A stretch of 63,233 nucleotides of DNA, counting the filler, from Conidiobolus incongruus B7586 (Eukaryota): NCBI GenBank assembly GCA_000697335.1. It is 8 parts of 8 records of this genome, joined end to end, with 100 filler letters (N's around TTAATTAATTAA, not from the genome) between each part and the next. Parts side by side here need not be neighbours in the genome. Positions count along the whole stretch, not along the records: positions 1 to 13,422 come from JNEM01006156.1; 7 more parts are not named here. The stretch is one strand, 5' to 3'. Each line of letters opens with the position of its first letter. Position 1 is the stretch's first letter. Positions 1-9,369 of this stretch are shown here, one piece after another. A model generated the notes under the pieces. That model did not search any database and had not been told where the DNA came from. It saw nothing but the letters and a program-made list of their open reading frames with translations. The position numbers and the translations under genes are program-made.

Positions 1-83
1 CAGCAATCTAGGGATTGGAATATAAATAACTTCCTCAATGGGGAAACTGTGAAATTACCTTATTAGGATTTACTGATGTTACA

Positions 84-91
84 TGCGTAAT
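84..91 (+). promoter_or_regulatory. TGCGTAAT upstream motif (bZIP-like) shared by the microprotein genes
   Basis: Exact TGCGTAAT at 84, 1253, 2430 and 3801. Variants ATTACGCG at 4950 and palindromic ATTACGTAAT at 6870. All lie about 180-400 nt upstream of a family start codon. Confidence 0.5.
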
Positions 92-295
92 TGTTAAGGT
101 GCCTATTGTTTAGGTACCTGCGCGAAATGCTCAAGCTAGCTGAGGTTGCATTTAATCAAAGTTTCCACTATGACTGGGTAAAAACATTCCAATATGATAT
201 CATTAAATATCGCGAAAAGTCTATAAAAAGGAGCCGTAAGAACTTTAACTCATCATCAAATCAAGTTTCAATCATAACAAATTAAAGTATCAAAA

Positions 296-466
296 ATGGC
301 TACCATCGACTTACATCAAATCGCACTTTTCGAAACCTTCACCATCGATCCCAAACTACGTGAACAAACATTTCCAGGATCTTCCAGAAACAGTTTGGAT
401 TCTGCAAAGGAATCAATCGCTAGTTCCAAGTCAAAACGCTCTAAATTTAAGTTACCTTGGTTTTAA
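296..466 (+). CDS. Microprotein family copy 1, 56 aa: MATIDLHQIALFETFTIDPKLREQTFPGSSRNSLDSAKESIASSKSKRSKFKLPWF
   Basis: Manually translated ATG(296)..TAA(466). AAAATGG start context, TATAAAAA at ~222. Homologous to 7 other copies with many synonymous differences. Confidence 0.88.
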   Translation: MATIDLHQIALFETFTIDPKLREQTFPGSSRNSLDSAKESIASSKSKRSKFKLPWF

Positions 467-1430
467 TTGCTAATGTCCCATATGTGAGACAGTTATATTT
501 ATCCTACTGAGTTGTATTTTAATTAATATTTAACATTTGAAATTGATGTATATACCTTATCTATTTTTTATTAATAAACTCTTATTATAACCAAAGTATT
601 AATTAATTTACAATTTATCAATATTTTAAAAATATCATCGTTTGTATTTTATCAATTTGCTACTATTTAATATATATATATGATATTTCAATCTAATGAA
701 TTAATGATACAGAATGTCAATTCAAATGTACTGTTGTTATTTTGTATTGTAAAATTATATACAATCGAGTATTAATAGTATTAATAAACGAATATTAATT
801 TTCATTTAATTTAAATATGAAGTCAATATTACACATACACTAGAAGAAAAATTTATATCAATATAACTATTGTAATTCTAGTTGATATTTCGTTAGTGTT
901 ATAGGCAATAGATGACATAGATGAATATATGATTTCATTTCTAAAGCTCTCATAATCTAGTAATCTAAAGGATCTTAGTGATTAAAAGTGCATGATGATA
1001 TAAGAAGATTTACTAAGCATAGTAGCTAAATTCTGTGACATACAATCATATAAAAGAAATTATTACATGGCGATTCTTGCTGTAATTGAAATGAAAATTA
1101 ATTGAAAATCGCAGTCAAATTAATGATTTAGGGAATGTGTTTAATATCACTATATATGGAAGCAATCACAATTAGACTTGTTCTACAATTTAATTGATTG
1201 TTGAATGCCAAACCCTGTATTTCACTATACAAATTATGCAACTTTAAACATCTGCGTAATTTTCAATATGTTCAGTGATTGGCGGAAATTTACTAGTATT
1301 ACTGGATTACTGATATGATTATTGTAAATTTATGATGTGGAATTTATATCAGAAAACAATATATAAAGGTCTTGATGCCACTATCAAACTCTACGTCAAA
1401 CAATCTATTTATCACTTCATCAATAATCAA

Positions 1431-1601
1431 ATGGCTATTGTCAGTTTACACCAAATTGCTGTCTTTGAAAACTTCACCATCGATCCTAAATTACGTGAAC
1501 AAACATTTCCAGGATCTTCCAGAAACAGTTTAGATTCTGCAAAGGAATCAATCGCTAGTTCCAAGTCAATACGCTCTAAATTTAAGTTACCTTGGTTTTA
1601 A
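1431..1601 (+). CDS. Microprotein family copy 2, 56 aa: MAIVSLHQIAVFENFTIDPKLREQTFPGSSRNSLDSAKESIASSKSIRSKFKLPWF
   Basis: Internal ATG of track ORF 1332..1601 aligns with the family start. TATATAAA at ~1360 lies inside the apparent N-terminal extension. Confidence 0.88.
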   Translation: MAIVSLHQIAVFENFTIDPKLREQTFPGSSRNSLDSAKESIASSKSIRSKFKLPWF

Positions 1602-2832
1602 TTGCTAATGTCTCATATGTGAGATAGTTATACTTATCCTCTTCTCGAGTTGTATTTTATTAATATTTAGCACATGCTGTTGATGTATATACTTTATTTA
1701 TTTTTTTATTCATAAACTTTTATTATAATAACTATATTATTTTTTCAAATTTTCTATATCACCATGTTTTTATTATCATTTTTGATTTTTATTTCATTGA
1801 GATTATAACAAATTAGTACATATTTTAGAGTTTATATTCAATATTACTAAATCTATTGGCTACTTTTATGATTATTTAGAATATATAAATTTATATTATT
1901 TAAATTATAACAAGTCAATATTACTATTATCTTTGTTTTTGGAAAAATGTTCAGCTTATTAAATTTGAGCTTTAAATATATCAATTTATAATTATTTATT
2001 AATATGCTTAATAATCGAATATTATCAAAGTACTTGTTAAGTTATTGTTGATAAAATTATTGTGCAACCTATTTTATATTATATTATAATTACATCTAAT
2101 ACATGATATTATTCACCAACACTTCATTGTGTATAATAATCTAAAGAGAATTAGTAATTAATAAGGTGAAGTGATGATATGAAATTTATGAAGTAACTAA
2201 ATTCTGTGGCATACGAGCATATAATACAAATTAATTCTTGGCAATTCCTGCTCAAATGAAATTGATTAAAAATTGCAGTCAAATTAGCACATCGGGAAAT
2301 GTGATTAAAGTTACTATATATAGGAGAAATACTAAATTTCCTTTTGTTTCCCCTCCAATTTTTCTCCAATGCCAATCCCTCAAGTTTAATTGCCTGTTTC
2401 AGTTATTCAATTATGTAACTTATATATTCTGCGTAATTTTCTATATGATTGTTGATTAATGAAAAATCTTGCAACTAATAGGATTTAGAACCCCTAATGA
2501 TCTTCGAAGATCAGAGAATTATGTTCATGTCTCAAAAGATATTGAACTTTGATTTAATTTTATATGAAAAATACATATTTTTGATAAATTCATATACTTT
2601 ATGTTTGGGTATTAAGAAAGTTCTTTTTGCTTCAGATATTATCTGGGGTTCTGAGAAATGGTGGTTTGATTAATAACGAGTATTTACGAATAACTAATAT
2701 GTTTATTGTAAAATACATAAGTGGTAATTTGCATTGGAGAATTTATTTAATGACAGAATTTAGTATATAAATACTGAATAGTTACCATGAGATTCTTGAT
2801 CAAATTAAATCTATTACTTCATCAATAATTCA

Positions 2833-3054
2833 ATGGCTGGCATCAGTTTACACCAAATTGCTGTCTTTGAAAACTTCACCATTGATCCTAAACAGCGTGA
2901 AATTACATTTCCAAGATCTGGAAAAAATAGTATGGAATCTACAACTTCAATCTCTACAATAGGATCCAAGAGCTCTTTAATCTCAACATCTACTATTTCA
3001 TCCATGAAATCTAAGTTGAAGTTGAAGTTGAAGTTGAAACTTCCTTGGCTTTAA
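2833..3054 (+). CDS. Microprotein family copy 3, 73 aa, with longer Ser/Thr segment and (KL)5PWL tail
   Basis: Track ORF with the same N-terminal block. AAGTTG hexamer expansion near 3013-3040. TATATAAA at ~2764. Confidence 0.85.
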   Translation: MAGISLHQIAVFENFTIDPKQREITFPRSGKNSMESTTSISTIGSKSSLISTSTISSMKSKLKLKLKLKLPWL

Positions 3055-4002
3055 TGATTATCTTCAAACCATTTTTTCTAATTCATGTTTTAAAATGAAA
3101 TTTGTATAATATTTTATATATTACATAATAAAATCGAATACATTATAAAATTTAAATTTAATGATGCTCTTAATATTTATAACGAGATCTTGAAAATATT
3201 ATTTCAATATAATTTATCAGATATTTTTTAACTTTTTTTTCAATAATATACTGTAAGAATCTATTTACCTTCAAGATGCGATATAAATATATAAAACTAT
3301 TATATCAATTGACATATCAAAAATAAATAGATATTTTACTTTGTTAGACATATAATTCTAACATCATTGATAATTTGGTACTCTCCCGACAAATCAAATA
3401 TTAAATAAATTAAAATATGCTATGAATTATAGATCAATATATTGATAATATTCAAACAGGAAATAATGAATAAATCAATATAAAATAAAATAATATAATA
3501 TTCTATAAGTTTGTATTCATAAAAGCTGACTATAATATTGGATGTTCTAAGAAATATCCATTATAGTTAATATTTATTAATTAGTAAGAATTAGTAAACT
3601 ATAAACAAACAAAGCATATTTGAATCAAATGAACTTGGCAATGTGTATATAAAATTTTTGATTATAACTAACTCTGCCAGATTTGGTAATAATTCAAACA
3701 GATTACCTTTTATTACCTGTTCTGAAATCTTTCGAGATACAATTGAAATTCCGGTTTCAAGTAATCAAATTAAAGTAACAAATAATCTGCGCAAAAGTTG
3801 TGCGTAATAAGCATGAGTAAAATTGACTGAGCTGAATTTACAGAGTAATAATATTGAATATTACCTTATATGTGAATTTAGATTAAATAATTATAAGTAA
3901 ATCAGTAATTATATTTGAGTCGAAATTAATATATAAAGACCCTATCTTACTAGTTATGTATCACCAAATATCAATTTATCGAATTCTAACAATAGTTATC
4001 AA

Positions 4003-4176
4003 ATGGCTGCTATCAGTTTACAACAAATCGCTACTTTGGAAAACTTTACTATTGATCCCAAACTCCGTGAACAAACATTCCCAGGATCTGGAAGGAATAG
4101 CATGGAATCTACAACTTCAACTTCTACTCATAGATCCAAGAGATCAGTGCTCAAATTTAAGTTTCCTTGGTTTTAG
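4003..4176 (+). CDS. Microprotein family copy 4, 57 aa: MAAISLQQIATLENFTIDPKLREQTFPGSGRNSMESTTSTSTHRSKRSVLKFKFPWF
   Basis: Manually translated ATG(4003)..TAG(4176). TATATAAA at ~3930. Track ORF 3956..4186 is an off-frame shadow. Confidence 0.88.
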   Translation: MAAISLQQIATLENFTIDPKLREQTFPGSGRNSMESTTSTSTHRSKRSVLKFKFPWF

Positions 4177-5244
4177 CCTTCTATGAGATCCCTTAAAAAT
4201 TGTCTATAAATCATGGTCCACTAATGAATTTGTATATATGTTAACCTGTATTTTTATCTAGTAAAAATAAATAAATAATATTAAAGAAAACATTTTTGAT
4301 AATTGAATTTATGAATGTTTTTTATAGCTTTGATTGAATAAACAAACTAATTGTATTAATATCAGATGCTATTTCAATTTTAAATGAAATCGACTTTCCA
4401 TAACATTGCTTTATGTCATTTGACAGTTCATACGATATTGAATTTGCTTTATATTAGCAAATAATTTATTGATTGATGTCATTTTTATGAATGCGCTGTT
4501 TGTCATTAACATTTCACAATAATTTTACAAAAATTTCAATTTCACCTAATAAAATTTTTATTCTTTATTAATGATACCTATGCGCTAATATACATCAAAA
4601 TACAATATATTCTATTACTCTAAATTGCTTTTTACATATTTTGTTGTAGCAATATAAGATTAATATATCAAAATAGTTATCAGTTTATATATGTTAAATA
4701 TGCCAAACTATAGCAATAAATCAACTTGAAACTATTAGGGTTCAACATTAGATCAATTTTAAAGTGGTAACAATATTTCAAAATTCAAAATTTACACTTA
4801 GGCACAGATTAATTAATTCAGATGTTCTATACTAAACTATTCCTAGTAATGAAAACGATCTTGTTTTGATTTTAGTTATTCTCAGGTTAATCAAACCAAA
4901 TGATGATTTTGAAATGAATTTCGCAGCGTATTCAATTTAACCCTAATATATTACGCGAAATATGTGATTAATGATAAATTACTTTCCTGTAATTACCCTT
5001 ATAGATTTTAAAAATTCAATTGCGTTTCTTTTCTCTATTAACACTTACTAATGAAGAATAATCTTTGTAAAATAAATTAGCTTTTTGGCATAAGGAACAG
5101 TAAATTAATGTTATCATCATATATTACTATTCAGCTCAAATAGCCGCGTGAAAATTAATAACGAAGTTTAGGTAATCTGACATATAAAATAATCATGAAA
5201 AATCTCACTATATCTTCATCAAATAGCAATTTATTAATTATCAA

Positions 5245-5405
5245 ATTGCTGACATTAGTTTACATCGAATCGCCACTTTGGAAAACATTACTATTTATCC
5301 CAAGTGAGACTTCATCCACTGAATCGAATTGTAATGATATTAACTTTGCAACAAGCTTCACTCCTATCATAAGGTCTATAAAAATGTTCAAATTCTTTGT
5401 TATAG
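5245..5405 (+). pseudogene. Microprotein family copy 5, pseudogene: (I)ADISLHRIATLENITIYPK*
   Basis: ATG>ATT at 5245 and premature TGA at 5305-5307. Weak KMFKFF remnant of the tail near 5381-5400. 3' limit approximate. Confidence 0.75.
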
Positions 5406-5959
5406 TCTTATTTAATATCATTTATTATCATATTATGCATTTTTCCATTTAATGTGGATTATGATATGGCATTTCTAGAGAACTTAAATAAAATTTAAAA
5501 TAGCTAATAATTGTAAGATGCATTGAAGCTTTATAGATAATTTTAATTGTATATTATTTAAAATTAACATATTGTTGCTATCTTCAGTAAGGTAATAACA
5601 AGTTATCAAAAACAACCTTTGAATTTTTATTGTGATACATATTTTATATGGATGAATTTTTACGTTTATTCTGATATTTTTCAAGTTGAGCTATATTTGA
5701 ATGAACATATCATGATCAAAAGGGCATATTTAAAATATTTGTATAATTTTGATTTGATAAAAATTGATAGTTGAAGGAAATTAAATTGGTTTTTTACCCA
5801 TTATATATCTCAAAATGTAATATGAAATATATAAAAAAATTAAAAAGTTAGCGAAGAGTAAAGAAATGAGATAATATTATAGATTCAAGTTATAATATGA
5901 GCATGCAAAAGAAAGTATGAAAAAGGAGATTAAAAATAATAAAGTTGATACTAAAACAA

Positions 5960-6031
5960 AGCTCTGCCTGAGAATCGAACTCAGATCGCAGGATTCAAAG
6001 TCCTGAGTGCTAACCATTACACCAGCGGAGC
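5960..6031 (-). tRNA. tRNA-Gln (TTG)
   Basis: Reverse complement GCTCCGCTGGTGTAATGGTTAGCACTCAGGACTTTGAATCCTGCGATCTGAGTTCGATTCTCAGGCAGAGCT folds as a cloverleaf. Anticodon loop CTTTGAA. Confidence 0.93.
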
Positions 6032-6514
6032 ATATTAAGCTAATAACTTGATTCATTTTGATTGGTAATTAATAATAATATTATATTATTATATTATTAG
6101 TATATTTTAGTTTATTTCAATGATCTTATACATCTCAGTCCAAAACTCCGATTTTATACATTGTTAATTTTATCATAAAAATATTATAACTCAAAATAAT
6201 CATTTTCAATGCTACTCATTTGACACTATTAAAATTCAAATGTTTGTTTCTCTGCTTAGAATATACCATATGCTCATAAATACAGTTTCAATATAAAATA
6301 TTAAATACGTATTGATTATTCAAACTGAAAATATTGATGTAATAAATAATATGTTTGAAAATTTGAAAATACAATTTTAATAAAACCAGTGTTTTTTATT
6401 TTGATCATATTTATTAATTAATTTAAGTAATATAAATGCATCTGTTAGGCGATGTTTCAAAATGATATTTACAAGAATTGTTTTGACGTCGGCTTACAAT
6501 AAAGGCTAGAGGGA

Positions 6515-6685
6515 TTAAAACCATGGGAATTTGAGCTTAAAATGCTTAGATTCGGATTTTTGATAAGATCCTGAAGATAATTCTAAACTGCTTCTAGCAG
6601 ATCCTGGAAACTCTTGCTCACGCAATTTAGGATCAATAGTAAAAGTTTCAAAGAGGGCGATTTGCTGTAAACTGATAGTGGCCAT
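6515..6685 (-). CDS. Microprotein family copy 6, 56 aa: MATISLQQIALFETFTIDPKLREQEFPGSARSSLELSSGSYQKSESKHFKLKFPWF
   Basis: Manually translated on the minus strand. Intact ATG..TAA, TATATAAA about 65 nt upstream. Confidence 0.88.
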   Translation of the reverse strand: MATISLQQIALFETFTIDPKLREQEFPGSARSSLELSSGSYQKSESKHFKLKFPWF

Positions 6686-7098
6686 TTTATCTGTAGTTAT
6701 TTATAAGTAATGTGTTCAAACTGATAATCATCATTCACCAAAGCATCCCTTTATATACGCCAAAATAACCAATGCGCAGATATTTACTATTAGTCATATT
6801 AGTAATTGAATATAGTATATCATTCAGTTTATAAGTAGATTTGGGTATGTGAATATTTTAACCAATTTGATTACGTAATATATCGAGTTTGGATTATTCT
6901 GGAATTTCATTTAAACTAAATTTAATCTTTTTAACCAAGTCTAAATCTATCAGTTTGACAACAATTTACCAAATGGAGAAATAGTATCTCATTGTAGAAG
7001 GTTGCGAACTGATTGGAAGGATATATTATTTTTGCTGTTATCTCACCTAGCTATTACATCATTTTTGATCTAATTCATAATTATAATTAAGTTTCAAT

Positions 7099-7099
7099 A

Positions 7100-7181
<82 letters not shown>
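7099..7181. repeat. (ATT)n microsatellite, about 27 units
   Basis: Perfect trinucleotide run read directly. Confidence 0.95.
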
Positions 7182-8046
7182 GTAATATTATATTAAAACT
7201 GGTAAGATTTATTCATTGATAGTGAAATGTAATTATTATCAAATTTCCATATTTGATACTGTTTAATATTTGCTGTAAGAGTATATTAATATCTATAGTA
7301 AACATAAAAATATAACTTTTAATATCAACTTTTTGAACAAGCTAAGATTCACTCTATCCATAATAATAAAGTTAAAAAATATTTGTTCCAATGATATCTA
7401 TAGTAAATATATAAATAATACTTTATTTTCAATACCAGATAAACTTGCTTCAATTTTTTAAAATGTATTATTTGTAAAACAAAAACATTCTGATTATTTT
7501 TATATTTAATTTATAATTGTAATCAAAAATCTTTTGGACTTGAACACCTTAAAACCTTTAAATGATATTAAAAGAATGTTCCTATATTGAAGAAGTAACT
7601 TTGAAATTTTTCCATTCTTTATTCTACACAATAACTATATACTCTCAAATGATTTTCTCAAGAGTGATTCAAAGTCTCTGACATTTTCAAAACATCTTAT
7701 AGGAGCCAAACTAAAAATGATACTATAAGTTAGTTTTATAATATTTGAATTTTAACTTTTCTATACATAACTAAGATTTTTACAATTGCTAATTAATAAG
7801 TATTCTGTCACTTGATTTCACATTTCGAATTCTCGGATATCTATAAATCACAATATTAAATATATTTATTACTTAAATCATTTAATCAAACTAACAATAT
7901 AATATCCAAATATGTTTGAAGATAATATTTTTTTTTATTAAATATATAAAATAAATGAATGAATGACGATAAATATGGTAGCTATTTACAACTTTTTACA
8001 ATAGACACAGTCTTATACTTGAAGCAGATGGATTGATCAAAGTGAA

Positions 8047-8217
8047 TTAAAACCAGGGAAACTTGAGCTTAAAGCGCTTGGGTTCAGATTCTTGATGATA
8101 TCCTGATGTTGATTCTAAACTGCTTCTAGCAGATCCTGGGAAGACTTGTTCGCGCATCTTGGGATCGATGGTAAAAGTTTCAATGAGAGCGATTTGTTGA
8201 GGACAGATGGAAGCCAT
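8047..8217 (-). CDS. Microprotein family copy 7, 56 aa: MASICPQQIALIETFTIDPKMREQVFPGSARSSLESTSGYHQESEPKRFKLKFPWF
   Basis: Manually translated on the minus strand. Intact ATG..TAA, TATATAAA about 70 nt upstream. Confidence 0.88.
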   Translation of the reverse strand: MASICPQQIALIETFTIDPKMREQVFPGSARSSLESTSGYHQESEPKRFKLKFPWF

Positions 8218-9144
8218 TTTAATATTTATTACTTGAAATATATCTTATTGGTATGAATTGATGATGATACTATAGATCATTTTGACTGTTTATATACACT
8301 TAATTTCATAAGGGATTGAAATTCTCATGAACTCAATATTTGGCTAAACTTACCTTGTGTTACTATTTTCGGAATTGCAAAGCTATATGAAATTCTCAGC
8401 ATACAGAATTCAGCCATAACTACCCGAAAGCAATTATTCTAGATTATTCGCATCATTTTAAATTTTTTAACTGCATTTTTTCCAAACGGATAATTTTGGA
8501 AAAAATTGCCAATTGGATATTTTTACCATTTATGCAGGCACTTGATGGATACAAATTTATAACTCAAAGTTTTTTGGGGTGCTGGATATTTTGATGACAT
8601 CATTTGCGAATAAAAATAACTAATCAAAATACAGCATTTAAAATGATATATTATGTATCTATATGTTTTTATTTCATACATTTTTAATCTATCATAGAAT
8701 ATAAAATATACAATGACAAATTTAATTATAAATAGAATATAAACAATCAATATTATTTATTTTTGTAGGCCAATATATTAACTATTTGCAGTTTGTGCTA
8801 GATTAAGAATCTTAGAATATAATAGATGCATATTATTTGAATCTGGTTGGATGGGAGGATAAAAAGATATAGCTTATTAATTCAGATGAAGACTTATCTA
8901 CTCAAGAACCTTGGAAATCGCTAAAGCTTTAAAATATATCAAAATTAATTATTTATAAATGTAATAATAAAATTAATGTATGAACCCAACTAGTTTCATT
9001 AATTTATTAATAAAAAATTCATATTCTAATTATATATAGTAAGTTTATTTACAATGTGAATAAGAAATATGTGATAATGATAATATACAGGGTTATCAAT
9101 TCAACAAGTGAATGAAATCAAAAACTAAAATCTTGATCTAGACT

Positions 9145-9369
9145 TTAAAACCAAGAAAACTTGATTTTAAAATGCCTTAGCGCAGAAGTATAACTTTGTC
9201 CCTTATTCGAGTCTAAACTATCTCTGTCTGATCCTGGAAAAGCTTTTCGACCTAGTTTGGGATCAATGATAAAAAATATTTCAAAGTGAGCAATATGATG
9301 TAAACTGGTGGCACCTAATTGAAATAATGATGATTCGAAAATATAATGTAATTGAGTGAATAAACTCAT
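9145..9369 (-). CDS. Microprotein family copy 8, divergent, possibly pseudogene: ...LGATSLHHIAHFEIFFIIDPKLGRKAFPGSDRDSLDSNKGQSYTSALRHFKIKFSWF
   Basis: Homologous ATG lost (near 9318). Frame stays open to an upstream ATG at 9369. One-codon insertion and P>S in the PWF tail. Confidence 0.6.
   Translation of the reverse strand: MSLFTQLHYIFESSLFQLGATSLHHIAHFEIFFIIDPKLGRKAFPGSDRDSLDSNKGQSYTSALRHFKIKFSWF

Noticed and set aside
1332..1430. 33-aa N-terminal extension of copy 2 in the ORF track
   Set aside because: Spans the TATA box and is absent from all paralogs.
4162..4173. FPWF tail as a mimic of endomorphin-1 (YPWF-amide) or insect kinins (FxxWG-amide)
   Set aside because: No Tyr, no amidation Gly and no signal peptide. 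A four-residue resemblance is uninformative.
3956..5452. Track ORFs 3956..4186 and 5195..5452 as a separate similar protein pair
   Set aside because: They are off-frame readings of microprotein copies 4 and 5.
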